54,067 nucleotides of DNA from NCBI RefSeq assembly GCF_006345805.1, contig NW_021835554.1, positions 1 to 54,067 of the forward strand, read 5' to 3'. How positions within the stretch are numbered: position 1 is the stretch's first letter; the number at the start of each line of letters is the position of its first letter. A program made the translations under genes and the position numbers. The notes below the pieces were generated by a model. That model was not told the origin of the DNA and ran no database searches. It saw nothing but the letters and a program-made list of their open reading frames with translations. This document shows, in pieces, positions 11,141 to 23,048 of the stretch. The stretch is from Octopus sinensis. Taxonomy: Eukaryota.

Positions 11141-11882
11141 ACAGATGTTACCTAATTATGGTAAGTGTTGGTCATGTGTGTCGGAATATTTTTGCGTGTT
11201 CTTGTTGAGGTTGTTATTGTTGTTGTGGCTGCGGTCGTAGTCTTGTTGTGGGGAATTTAGTGAGTAAAGGGTGGTGACGATGACGGCTCCAACGAAGGTG
11301 GCGGTGTCGGTGGCGGTGGCGGTAGCAGTGGCAGCAACGGCGGCTGCAATGGTGGCGACGGCAGCCGCAACAACGACGACGACGGCGAACGAACGAGCGG
11401 GAGAGCGAGCAAGCGCTCGGTAATGGTTAGGTTGGTGGTAAGTGCATAAAAACATCGTAGGTAGTTGGGCAGGTGGCGAAGAATATAAACGACGATGCGC
11501 ATAGAATGAAAGGTAGATAGGAAGATAGGTCGGTCGGAAGGAAGGCAAGAAGAAAAGTAGGAAAGAAGAAAGCCAAGAAGGTAGGTAGGTGATGTCGGTG
11601 ATGTGAGAGAGAAATGAAATTTTAGCTATATCCTTGATGATATCTCATCATACAGAAAATGTCACCAAGGAATGGTTCTTGATGGTTACACAATAGCAGT
11701 ACGAGTGGCGACAAATCTCTTGAAATCCTTTTAATTTCTTTAGCGCTGTGTTTCCTCGCTTTGTCTCCATTCTTCCTCATTGACAGCCCGTGTCTCGAGA
11801 ATGCTGCCTTGTATGGGCAGGCACTTTTGTTTTTGTCTGACGTACACGGCTACGCTAGTTCGCTTATAGTGATCGCTGCGAT

Positions 11883-11897
11883 CCCCCAGAGGGCGCT
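11883..11897 (+). promoter_or_regulatory. Candidate CTCF site
   Basis: CCCCCAGAGGGCGCT versus consensus CC(A/G)SYAGRKGGCRSY, one mismatch, in a non-repetitive island. Confidence 0.35.
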
Positions 11898-11969
11898 GCC
11901 GGACAAAAGCAACGTCAAACATCTCAACAAAAGCAAGTTATTATAGCAATTAAAGGTGTACGTACAAGA

Positions 11970-12011
11970 TATGATGCGTATATATATATGTATATATATA
12001 TATATGATGTG

Positions 12012-12044
<33 letters not shown>

Positions 12045-12186
12045 ATATTTACATATATATATATACGTCTCTATGTACATGTATTTGTTAGTGTATATGT
12101 ATGTGTATACATGTGTATGTATATATATATATATTTATATATGTACATATGTATGTGTGTGTACCTGTTTATTGCTATACGTATAT

Positions 12187-12221
<35 letters not shown>

Positions 12222-12642
12222 GCGTATATATGTTTATGTTTGTATATATGTATGTATATATTGCTGTTTATAATTTTTTTTTCGACATAGGGCTTGTTTA
12301 TTATGAATATGTAGGCATGTGTATATGTATATACGTATATAAGTCTGTACATATGCATGCAAGTGCGTGTGTGTGTAAACTTGAGTATCCGCATGTGTGA
12401 ACGTGCTTGCGAAAGTGTGTGTGTGTAAGTATATGTGGGTGTGTATGGTGCTTATGAGGGTTTGTATGTGCCTACATGTGTGGTTAGTTTGTAAATGTGT
12501 GACGTGGTCCTGTGTATTATGATGCTGTGTGTGTTGTATTTTGTTTTTATTTTTTGTTTTTTTGTCTTGTTATAATTATTGATGTTTATTGCTTATTAAA
12601 AATCACTATTACCATCCTTATCATCGTTGTCATCATAAACAA

Positions 12643-12694
<52 letters not shown>

Positions 12695-12753
12695 TAATAA
12701 TAATGACAATAGTACTAATAATAGTAATGATGATGATAATAATAATAATAATG

Positions 12754-12801
<48 letters not shown>

Positions 12802-12877
12802 TAATAATAATAATAATATTGATGATGATAAAACTAATAATGTTGATGATGATGATGATAGCAATAACAACAACTGC

Positions 12878-12900
<23 letters not shown>
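11970..12900. repeat. (TA)/(TG) tract followed by long (AAT)n (~12640-12820)
   Basis: Directly visible. Confidence 0.9.
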
Positions 12901-12909
<9 letters not shown>

Positions 12910-13284
12910 TTCAACAATATCAACATTATCCTCTTCATCACCTTCTTCCTCCTCATCATCTTTAACTTCAACATCATCATCATCATCATCATCAGCGTTC
13001 TTTCTCATAGTTTTAATTGAAAACTTTTTGCTGTTTTAACCCCTTTAACACTACAGTTCTGATTGAACAGACATATAATTAGAGACAATACCAGACGTGA
13101 CCATCCCTTATTATATCTTTTTTTGCCACTAAAACCCTGGAGTGTATAATCCAGTCAATCAGGCTGTTTTATTTTTAAATATTCGTTGGTGTAATATGAG
13201 GAATATCTGTTTACAATTTTTAGCATATTAAACGATACGAGCAGGGAATCTAATGTGGGTCTTGTATTATCATGGATATATAGA

Positions 13285-13537
13285 TTTTATACAAAATGAT
13301 ATAACACAGCCATTGGCTGTGAGAAGTTTTCAGGAGGTTTATAAGGGAAAAGATATAAATATAGTCTTACGGCTGTTTCTAGGATATTGTAATAACACTA
13401 ATATTTACCTGTTTTTAACATCTCACAGCTGTAAGACTATATCTGTATATTTTTCCTTATAAATGTCTATATCTTTTTCTTTAAAAACGTCCGGAAAACT
13501 CCTCACAGGCTTGGATTTGTTATCTCATTTTATCCAA

Positions 13538-13538
<1 letters not shown>
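13285..13538. mobile_element. Old foldback/MITE-like element
   Basis: Imperfect arms: GCTGTGAGAAGTTTTCAGGAGG...ATAGTCTTACGGCTGT versus ACAGCTGTAAGACTAT...CCGGAAAACTCCTCACAGGC. Confidence 0.6.
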
Positions 13539-13584
<46 letters not shown>

Positions 13585-13585
13585 A

Positions 13586-13793
13586 TATTTCTTTATTGCC
13601 CACAACGGGCTAAACACAGAGCGGACAAACAAGAACAGACAAACGGATTAAGTCGATTACATCGATCCCAGTGCGTAACTGGTACTTAATTTATCGACCC
13701 CGAAAGGATGAAAGGCAAAGTCGACGTCGGTGGAATTTGAACTCACAACGTAACGGCAGACGAAATACCGCTAAGCATTTCGTAGGCGTTAAC
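13586..13793 (-). mobile_element. SINE A (A1 tail), 5' truncated
   Basis: TATTTCTTTATTGCCCACAAC...GGAATTTGAACTCAC...CGAAATACCGCTAAGCATTT. Confidence 0.95.
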
Positions 13794-14144
13794 CATAACA
13801 TGTGTTTGGCTGAAATACTTTATTTATTGTCTTCGTCTCTCGTTTCAATTTACATTTGTTTACTTTCGTACCTCTACCTTGTATACTTTTGTTTTCTCGA
13901 GCCTTAATTCTACACAATTTTGCCGGTTCTACAGTTTCATAAAATAGTATAAAAAGGAAGATTGTTCCTTGTAAAATATTTTGTTACTCTCCTCTTTTTT
14001 CCTCTCTCTCTCTCTCTATCTCCTTCTTGTTTCGAGTTCTTGGTCAGAGGACCAGTTACCCGAATTCCATAGCGTTTCTGTTACGGAGATCTGAACGTTC
14101 TCCTTGAATGGGAAATCAGATGTTGCAGCATAGCTCCTTTAGAG

Positions 14145-14273
14145 CTTACTGGAGGAGAACAACGTGAAATGAAGTGTGCTGTTCAAGAATGCAAAGCTCC
14201 GCCCGGTTCGGGAATTGAAACCTAGATCTTGCAATGATAAAGGCAACTTCCTTACCAGAAGGCCAAGCTCCTT
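14145..14273 (-). mobile_element. SINE family C head, degenerate
   Basis: Minus strand: TGGCCTTCTGGTAAGG...GGTTTCAATTCCCG...TTCTTGAACAGCACACTTCATTTCACGTTG; similar to 41726-41850. Confidence 0.6.
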
Positions 14274-15618
14274 CACTTTCGTCGACAAAACATCTGGAAA
14301 AGTATCTATTATTGACATTTCTAGTCTCATCAATTGATCACCTCTGTGTAAAACTGTAAATTAAAGAGAAAAATATCGACGGCTACATGTAGGTCTACAC
14401 ATGTCATAGATGCAAAAATTGAAAAAAAAATCGTTTTTTAATTAAATAAATAACATAAGAAGAACGCGTCTGAGGACCGAACCATAGGAATCATGTTATA
14501 TAATCCTTAATTTTGATTTCTTGCGCTTTTACTTTAAATTATCATCTTTGAATTAGACTAGGTTTAAGTTTAAAATTTCTAAGATCTTTTGAAAATGATG
14601 TAATGCTTTTTAATTCTGCCTGAACCGGGTCAGGAAAATTGCCAAATTTTGCACATCAATGAACTTGAAAGTATCACCGTATAAAGACCTGAAGGAATGA
14701 AACATGACCATTCAGACTTGCTTTCATTGATGATTTTTTTAGGATTATTTTTGGATTTTATTTTATTTTATTTTCTCCTTCCCTTTTTTTTTTATTTCGA
14801 AAAATTCTAACATGGAAATGATGAAAGTGTATAAATTCTGACAGGAGTATGTTTAGGAAAACTGTTAAATTTTTTTCAGGCATCAAAGAAGTCGGGGAAG
14901 AAAAAAAATCAATAAAAAAAGGCACAGAATCTGTAGATCATCTGAGAAAAATACTATGTGGTACTTTGTTGCATTCTGGGTTCAAATTTCGTCTAGGTGT
15001 ACGTTGCCTTCTTTCTTTCTATGTTTGCTGAAATAATAACGGTGTTGATGTAATTGTTTATTACACCCTAGAAGGTGCTACAGTATGGTCAGAGTCTATG
15101 GTCAGAAGCTAGGCATAGTAAAGAACATCAAAGAATCTGAAATTTATAACTGCAAAAAAACAAAAAATTACAAGGTGTAGGGGTGAGGAAAAAACATCCA
15201 TTCCCACGTGCTTTAGTTGATGATAATTACAAATACCGGTGAGAAATTTTAGCTTTTTAAGAAATTTCCACGTTTGAAAGTGATGAACATTTGCAAATTC
15301 TGACAGGAAAGGGGTCAGAAAAATTGCCAAATATCACACATCAAAGATGAATATCTCACTATAAAAAGGTGTAATAGAAGGGAGATGAAAAACGACCTTT
15401 CAGGCTTGATTCGTCTGATGGTGATCATAAATATCTTGAGAAGGCCGAGATTAAAAAAACTTATAAACGTAAAAATAAAAATTTGAAAATAGCAAGTTAG
15501 CTTAAAATTTGCTGTCTTTAAGAAGACCAGAGGACACGAAAAAAGTGTTCAATATCACGTAAAAAGATGTTGAAAATTGTGTATACAACAAGGTATCGTT
15601 TTACATTTATTTTTTATA

Positions 15619-15990
15619 TTTTACTTGTATCAGTCGTTCGACTGTGGTCATGCTGGAGTAACTGCCTTGTAGGGTTTTAGGCGAACAGATCAATGCGTGG
15701 TACATATTTCTTAGTCTATTACGTATAATATGGGTTTCTTTTGCCGAATTGCCAAGTTACAGCGAAATAAACTAACCAACACCGGTTGTAAAATTATTTT
15801 AGGACCCAAACATACACACACATATTCCGACTTTCACACAGTTTCAGTCTGTTTACTTCACCTACAAGGTATTAGTCAGTCCGGATATATGACAGATGAC
15901 ACTTACTCTAGATGCTGCGCAGTGGGACAGAACCCAAAATCACACAGTTACAAAGCGAACTTCTTAACGCCACAGCCATTCCTGCACCTA
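15619..15990 (-). mobile_element. SINE B, old full-length copy
   Basis: TTTTACTTGTATCAGTC...CATGCTGGAG...GCAGTGGGACAGAACCC...CACAGCCATTCCTGCACC. Confidence 0.8.
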
Positions 15991-16020
15991 TATAGCGGAA
16001 CTATATCTAATCCACAAAAA

Positions 16021-16415
16021 GACGGCAAGCTGGGAGAAACGTTAGCACGCCGGGCTAAACGCGTAGCCGTATTTTGTCTGCCATTACGTTCTGAGTTCAA
16101 ATTCCGCCGAGGTTGACTTTGCCTTTCATCCTTTCGGGGTCGATAAATTAAGTACCAGTTACGCACTTAATCCGTTTGTCTGTCCTTGTTTGTCCTCTCT
16201 GTGTTTAGCCCCTTGTGGGTAGTAAAGAAATAGGTATTTCGTCTACCGTTAGTTCCGAGTTCAAATTCCGCCGAGGTCGACTTTGCATTTCATCCTTTCG
16301 GGATCGATAAATAAAGTACAAGTTACGCACTGGGCTCGATGTAATCGTCTTAATCCCTTTGTCTATGTTTGTTTGTCCCCTCTGTGTTTAGCCCCTTGTG
16401 GGCAATATAGAAATA
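16021..16415 (+). mobile_element. SINE A dimer (16021-16232 plus 5'-truncated 16233-16415) inside one 18-bp TSD
   Basis: TATATCTAATCC(A/T)CAAAA at 16002-16019 and 16416-16433; second unit starts GGTATTTCGTC right after the tail AAGAAATA. Confidence 0.9.
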
Positions 16416-16626
16416 TATATCTAATCCTCAAAATTAGCCTTTTTCTTCGCCAAATTAGAAGTGAACAGAAAGTGTGATGTCCTTGGCATCGACTAAGTTG
16501 GTAGGGAGCTTCACTATTCAGAATAGAACTTAAGGAATTACAGAGAAGCACCATTCTGTTTCAGTGTTATTTATAGTTGCGTGTGTCAGTATATCAGTGA
16601 TACTGATGTTGTTGGTTTTTGCTGTT

Positions 16627-16853
16627 ACTCTTTACTCTTTTACTCTTTTACTTGTTTCAGTCATTTGACTGCGGCCATGCAGGAGCACCGCCTTCAATCG
16701 AGTAACTCGAACCGGGGACTTATTCCTTGTAAGCCCGGTACTTATTCTATCCGTCTCTTTTGCCGAACCGCTAAGTGACGGGGACATAAACACACCAGCA
16801 TAGGTTGTCAAGTGATGTTGGATGGGACAACCACAGAAACACAAACACACACG

Positions 16854-16897
<44 letters not shown>

Positions 16898-17054
16898 CGA
16901 CGGGCTTCTTTCAGTTTCCGTCTACCAAATCCACTCACAAGGCTTTGGTTGGCCCGAGGCTATAGTAGAAGACACTCGCCCAAGGTGCCACGCAGTGGGA
17001 CTGAACCCGGAACCATGTGGTTAATAAGCAAGCTACTTACCACACAGCCACTCC
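16627..17054 (-). mobile_element. SINE B, young, 7-bp TSD TGCTGTT
   Basis: Near-consensus copy; TGCTGTT at 16620-16626 and 17055-17061. Confidence 0.97.
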
Positions 17055-17739
17055 TGCTGTTGTTTCAACTGTTGTTCTTGGTGTTGTAGATGCTATTGTT
17101 GTTGGCGCTTCTGTGATTGCAGTACCTTCTGCTACTACAGTTGCTGTTTGTCTTTCAGCTGTAATCGACTGCTTCTGCTGGTGCTGTTGCTGTTGTTGTG
17201 GTGGTGATGGTGATAGTAGTGGTGGTAGAGTAGGCAAAATTAGGGAGCTCACTTCTCCCTTTTGTTGTGGACAGAACACTTTAAGGTGTTTTGTGTCCCC
17301 ACACAGTTGACATCTTGGCTTTCTGCCCTCAACAGCCACCTGAAACTTTGTGCCATCCGGTAAGCTTATGTAGTCCAGGATAGCTTCCGTGCTTGGTTAG
17401 TCAGCTTGGTTTAGTAACTCTATCGCCTGTCTTAACCAGTTTTGCTTGTGTACCTTCTGTATTCGCAGAATTGTGGTTTCTCTTCTATTCCGAAGATAAT
17501 TACAGCCACTAACCAGCAAATGTTTATGTTAGGTGGTATATTGAGTATTTTAACTCTGAAAACACACCGGCCAAGATAGATAGGGATGACGATGATTTCG
17601 TCACTCGTCAGGCTAACAGTCGGGTGATTTTTGGCCTCGTCCTCTGAGCTGAACCTCACCTCGACAGTTCAATATTTATACCCATTGCTAAATATGCTTT
17701 GCTTTTCCAATTTGTTTTTTAATATTTCTCTGTTTGCTA

Positions 17740-18150
17740 CTCTTTACTCTTTACTCTTTTACATGTTTCAGTCATTTGACTGAGGCCATGCTGGAGCACC
17801 GCCTTTAATCGAGCAACTCGACCCCGGGACTTATTCTTTTTGTAAGCCCAGTACTTATTCTATCGGTCTCTTTGGCCGAACCGCTAAGTAACGGGGACAT
17901 AAAACACCAGCATCGGTTGCTAGGGGGACAAACACAGACACACAAACACACAAACAAACACACATACATATATATATATATATACATATATACAACAGGC
18001 TTCTTTCAGTTTCCGTCTACCAAATCCACTCACAAGGCATTGGTCGGCCCGGGACTATAGCAGAAGACACTTGCCCAAGATGCCACGCAGTGGGACTGAA
18101 CTCGGAACCACGTGGTTGGTAAGCAAGCGACTTACCACACAGCCACTCCT
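17740..18150 (-). mobile_element. SINE B, young, 4-5-bp TSD (T)GCTA
   Basis: Near-consensus copy; GCTA at 17736-17739 and 18151-18154, both preceded by T. Confidence 0.97.
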
Positions 18151-18646
18151 GCTAACAAATTTGTTTCAAACTTTTACAAAGTTTACCTTTGTGCGTTTGT
18201 AAAGAGGTAAATTTTGTTTCATACAGTTATTATATCTGAAGATCGTAAGAGGGCTTTTATTATATTCCAGGAATGTTCTCGACCACATTTATCCCAAATT
18301 TCTCCCATGTACATTTCGCACTCTTGGATTAATTTTTGTCTATAAAATATCTTCGCTTCTCTGGTCGCTCTCGCAAAGTCGAATTCGTTTCGAATGGATT
18401 TGCATGCGGCACTTTCGTTGTTGTCTTTTTCGTTAGTGATGTTGTTGTTGCTGGCAGTGGTGGACCTGTTGCTGCCACCGGACGTGATGATGGCGGTGGC
18501 AGTGTTCTCCCTTGTGTTATCGCTTTTAGTCATTGATTTCTTTTGTTCCTGCGACGATGAAGGGGATGGTAGAAGCAAGAGAATGTTCCTTTCATGGGCC
18601 TAACGTGCGCTCATAGTGCTGCTGCTGCCCTTGTTGTTGTTGCTGA

Positions 18647-18730
18647 TCTTCTTCTTCTTCTTCTTCTTCTTCTTCTTCTTCTTCTTCTTCTTCTTCTTCT
18701 TCTTCTTCTTCTTCTTCTTCTTCTTCTTCT
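18647..18730. repeat. Perfect (CTT)n run of about 28 units within the ORF1 relic
   Basis: Directly visible; encodes poly-Lys on the ORF1 strand. Confidence 0.97.
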
Positions 18731-19111
18731 ATTCTTGTTTTTTTTTTATTTTACTACTGCTACTACACCAATCCTTGTCTTTTACGACTTGGCTGTTCTC
18801 TTTTCCGGATGACTGGCTGTTTCTTTCAGCAGGCAGACAATTCTCGTTCATCATCTTTCTTTTAGCAAAAAATATGAGAGAAGTCTTAGTCCAAACAAAC
18901 ACCGATTTAGCCCATAAGGGTTACTGATAGAGGAAAACTAACCAGATCTCCAAGATACTGGCTGGTTTAACAAAGTAACGATAACAAATGTACAAAGTAT
19001 AACAATGTGTAACAATATAAACAACAGCAAAACTGGTGGATACGTATCGATAATATAACAAAGTTAATAATAAAAGTTTCTACTATAACCACAAGGCCTG
19101 AAATTTGAGAA

Positions 19112-20534
19112 GTTGTTTGACCTTAACCAGTTGAGCATATCCCCGATATGTTCATCTCTGATCTCGAACAGAAGTAGTTGGGTAGTCATGTGTTGAGAGG
19201 AATTCTTTAGGGTTTGGATAGTTCACCGTTGCAAACATGTGTGTTTCGCTCATAATCCTTAAACAACCCTTATTCAAGGACCTTTTTGAGTGAGATGGGC
19301 TACTCGACCTGAAGAAGATTCTAATTAGACCCCCACCTGCAACGTCATGCGTTGTTAACCTTGACATGAGATCACCATGTTGCGCACATGATGCATGTGC
19401 CTGGTGTACCCTTATCAGACGGGTAGTCATCATGGGTATACTGAGCTTCGTATATTTTACTCCAGAAGATGGGCTGTAGCAAATGTTCAGCTCAATACCA
19501 CAGATTTGCTTGTCAGTTGCTTGACCATAACCAGTTGAGCATGTCCCTTAGTGGCTGACGATATGTGCATCTCTGATCTCGTGCAGATGTATTGGGGAGC
19601 ATCATAGCCATGTGTTGAGAGGGATTCTTAGCGGTTTGGATAATTCACCTTTGAAAACATAGGTGGTTCGTTCAACATCCTTTAATAACCCATATTCAGG
19701 GACCTTTTGCGCAGGATGAGCTATTCGACCAGAAGAAAATTCTAACTGGGCCCCACCTGCAAGGTTCTGTGCTGTTTATCTTGATATGAGATCACCATGT
19801 CACGCACATGTGGTTGTAATGCATGTGCCTGCTGTACCCTTATCAGACGGGTAGTCATGATGGGTATACTGAGCTTCGTATATTTTACTCCAGAAGATGG
19901 GCTGTAGCAAATGTTCAGCTCAATACCACAGATTTGCTTGTCAGTTGTTTGACCTTAACCAGTTGAGCATGTCCCTTAGTGGCTGACGATATGTGCATCT
20001 CTGATCTCGTGCAGAAGTATTGGGGAAGCACCCCTGCCCTGATGCAGTAACAGGCAGTGGCTTTTTTGCCTTCTCATCTTAACTGATTAAATGTGTTATC
20101 ATGTACATTGTTTTGTCTTGGTGTAAAACATGGGATTCAATAAATATTCTGCTCAATACCACAGATTTCCTTGTCAAATGTTTGACCTTAACCAATTGAG
20201 CATGACCCTTAGTGGCTGATGATATGTGCATCACTGATCACGAGCAGAATTAGCGGGGAAGCATCATAGCCATGAATTCAGAGGCGTTCTTTTGAGTTTG
20301 AATAATTCACCTCTGGAAACATGAGTGTTTCGTTCATAATCCTTAAACAACACTTATTCAAGGACCTTTTGAGTTGGATGGGCTACTCGACCTGATTAAA
20401 ATTCTAACTGGGTCCCCACCTGCAAGGTCATATGCTGTTTATCTTGATATAAGATCACCATGTCGCACACATACCCCAGTGTCACTTGGATGTTATGCAC
20501 TGCTCTCCCACTCAACAACAACAACAACAATAAC

Positions 20535-20580
<46 letters not shown>
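19112..20580 (+). repeat. Tandem array of a ~400-430 bp retroposon-like 3' segment ending in an (AAC)/(AAT)n tail
   Basis: G(T/C)TTGACC(T/A)TAACCA recurs at 19115, 19519, 19947 and 20180; last unit ends CCCCAGTGTCAC...CACTC followed by (AAC)(AAT)n. Confidence 0.9.
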
Positions 20581-20592
20581 CTGATTATTTTT

Positions 20593-20897
20593 AATTTAGG
20601 CACAAGGCCATGAATTTTGAAGACTGGGAGAGAGTTAGTGATATCATGGGCCTCAATATTTGATATTTTTAGGCCCCTGTGATTAACTGATATTTCTGTT
20701 ATCGTCCTCGAAATGATGGCAGGGAAAAGTTGATTTCAGCAGGATTTGAAATCAGGACTGGGGAAACAAAAAGAGATAAACTGAAGACATACGTTTTTTA
20801 GGCTTTTTGTGTGTGTGTCAATGTTTCTGTATTTATTCAACCTTACAAATATAACAACAGCAACAAAAATATATTTAACAAGCTGAGAAGAGTTTTA
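20593..20897 (-). repeat. Degenerate SINE A2 3' part plus unique flank; duplicated at 22030-22610
   Basis: AATTTAGGCACAAGGCCA...GAGATAAACTGAA...TTCAACCTTACAAATATAAC shared by both copies. Confidence 0.85.
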
Positions 20898-21022
20898 AAA
20901 AATCCATTTAACGTAAAAACAAGTTTTCTCTCTCTTTTGTTGTTTTAACATCAAAAGAAATCGAGAGAAAGTAATACATACATAGACATAACTTAACGCA
21001 AGAAACACGCACACACACACAA

Positions 21023-21056
<34 letters not shown>

Positions 21057-22112
21057 GCAACTTCCCATACATTTATAGATATGTAAGCGTATGTGTGTTT
21101 ATAAGCATATCCTAAAATTTTGACACGCTCTATCTGCAGTGCAAATAAAGAAATAAAGAAAGAAAGAAACAAATAACAAAGAGAGAGAAGAAAGAAGGAA
21201 AGAGAGAGAAGTTAAGGAAAACCCCTTAAACCTCTCTTTTTGAGAACGCCCTTAAAGTATTTAATATTACGCTTTGTATGATACGTTTATGAAACCAAGT
21301 CACAGACTCCCACATATATACACACCCATATACATATATTCATATATGTATATTTCAAGTACATACCGCACAACACACCACACACATAATATATATATAA
21401 TATAATATATATATATATATATATATATAAGATCAATGCATATATACGCTTATACATATATAGCATACACACATATTCATGTGTGTATCTGTGTGTAGAG
21501 TATATATGTATACACACACACACATATATATGCATTTGTAGAGTGAAATTTTTAGCCTTCATATATATATATATATATATATCAAAGCATAAAACGTTTC
21601 ACTGAACGAACACCCAGATCGATGTAAAGGAACTCAGTGGCCTGGCCGATCGCTTTGTAAGAACCCTCATTGAACCAGTGTACAGAAAATTCTAACTGGA
21701 CAACAAAGAATTAACATAGAAATGTCTTTTATCAAAAAACAGAAAAAAATACAGAAAATTATATACCACTTTAAATTGATACTTAAGTATGACACGTTTT
21801 ATTTTCAAATATCAATATTTACAAGAATTCATTTGTTCCTCGCTGTTTATGTATATACAATATACTCAACAGTACTTCCCTTGATAACTAGATTCCTTAT
21901 AAAGGACATAGTTTAGTGCTTCGAACTGACACTTTCGTTGGATGTAGAATATAGTTTAATTGAAGTTTGAAGGCCAAAGTATTACACATATTTTCTACTG
22001 GTTTTCGTCCACGATTCTTTCCATGGATTAATTTAGGCACAAGGCCACGAATTTTGAAGACCGGGAGAGAGTTACCGATATTATAGGTCTCATTATATAT
22101 ATATATATATAG

Positions 22113-22145
<33 letters not shown>

Positions 22146-22146
22146 A

Positions 22147-22378
22147 AGGCGGTGAGCTGGCAGAAACTTTAGCACGCCGGGCGATATGCTTTCCCGCATT
22201 TCGCCTGCCGTTACGTTCTGAGTTTAAATTCCGCCGAGGTCGACTTTGCCTTTCATCCTTTCGGGGTCGATAAATTAAGTACCATTTGCGCACTGGGGTC
22301 GATATAATCGACTTAATCCCTTTGTCTGTCCTTGTTTGTCCCCTCTGTGTTTAGCCCGTTGTGGGTAGCAAAGAAATA
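22147..22378 (+). mobile_element. SINE A, full length, young; 16-bp TSD that also encloses a 5' (TA)n run
   Basis: GATATTATAGG(T/C)CTCA at 22077-22092 and 22379-22394; single-copy empty site in the paralog near 20640-20655. Confidence 0.95.
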
Positions 22379-23048
22379 GATATTATAGGCCTCAATATTT
22401 GATATTATAGGCCCCTATAAGTAACTGGTATCGTCCTCGAAATGATGGCAAGGAAAGTTGACTTCAGCAGGATTTGAAATCAGAACTTGGCGAACAGGAA
22501 GAGATAAACTGAAAACACGTTTTTTAGGCGTTTTGTGTGTGTCAATGTATCTGTGTCTATTCAACCTTACAAATATAACAGCAACAAAAACATATCTAAG
22601 AAGATTTTACAGGATTTCGTCCACGACTCGTTGTATGGATTTCGACTCGTTCCATCGATTTCTACGAATGCTAGAGGCGAGGCAGGTAACCTCAAATCGA
22701 TAACGTGGTCAGCAGGCTTGCAACACAGAGCATTCCTTAAAGGACGGTTGATATGCTAGAAAGTGATGGTAAAGCTGTAGATTAAGTATAAATCGATGGT
22801 AAATTGTGATAACAATTTTAAGATTTCAGTCATTTTTATGAAAATATATTTTTCTATTGTCTTTAGAAACTTATATGGCATTACCTCTCGTCTTATCGAA
22901 TGCATTTATATGGCTACAAATTGGTGGCTGTAACAATTAGTACTACCAAGTTCTACATGCAACCTAGTGTGTTTAAGAGAGACGTAGTCTACCACCACAT
23001 GATTGAAATAACAGTCGAAGTACTTTCATTCGCTCTCTCTCTCTCCCC

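Larger units (their letters stand above)
16530..18854 (-). pseudogene. Gag-like ORF1 of a non-LTR retrotransposon, decayed and interrupted by two SINE B insertions
   Basis: CCHC knuckle CQLCGDTKHLKVFC at 17271-17312 preceded by FQVAVEGRKPR; RRM-like VEVRFSSEDEAK...RVKILNIPP; frame continues across both SINEs after removing one TSD copy; several stops and one frameshift near 17460. Confidence 0.8.

Noticed and set aside
19112-20580. CRISPR-like array or hammerhead in the 400-bp repeat
   Set aside because: There is no short-repeat/unique-spacer structure; CTGACGA/CTGATGA/CTGAAGA occur but are not followed by a stem and GAAA
22147-22260. tRNA genes
   Set aside because: A/B boxes belong to SINE heads that continue into SINE bodies; I could not form a closed cloverleaf with an acceptor stem
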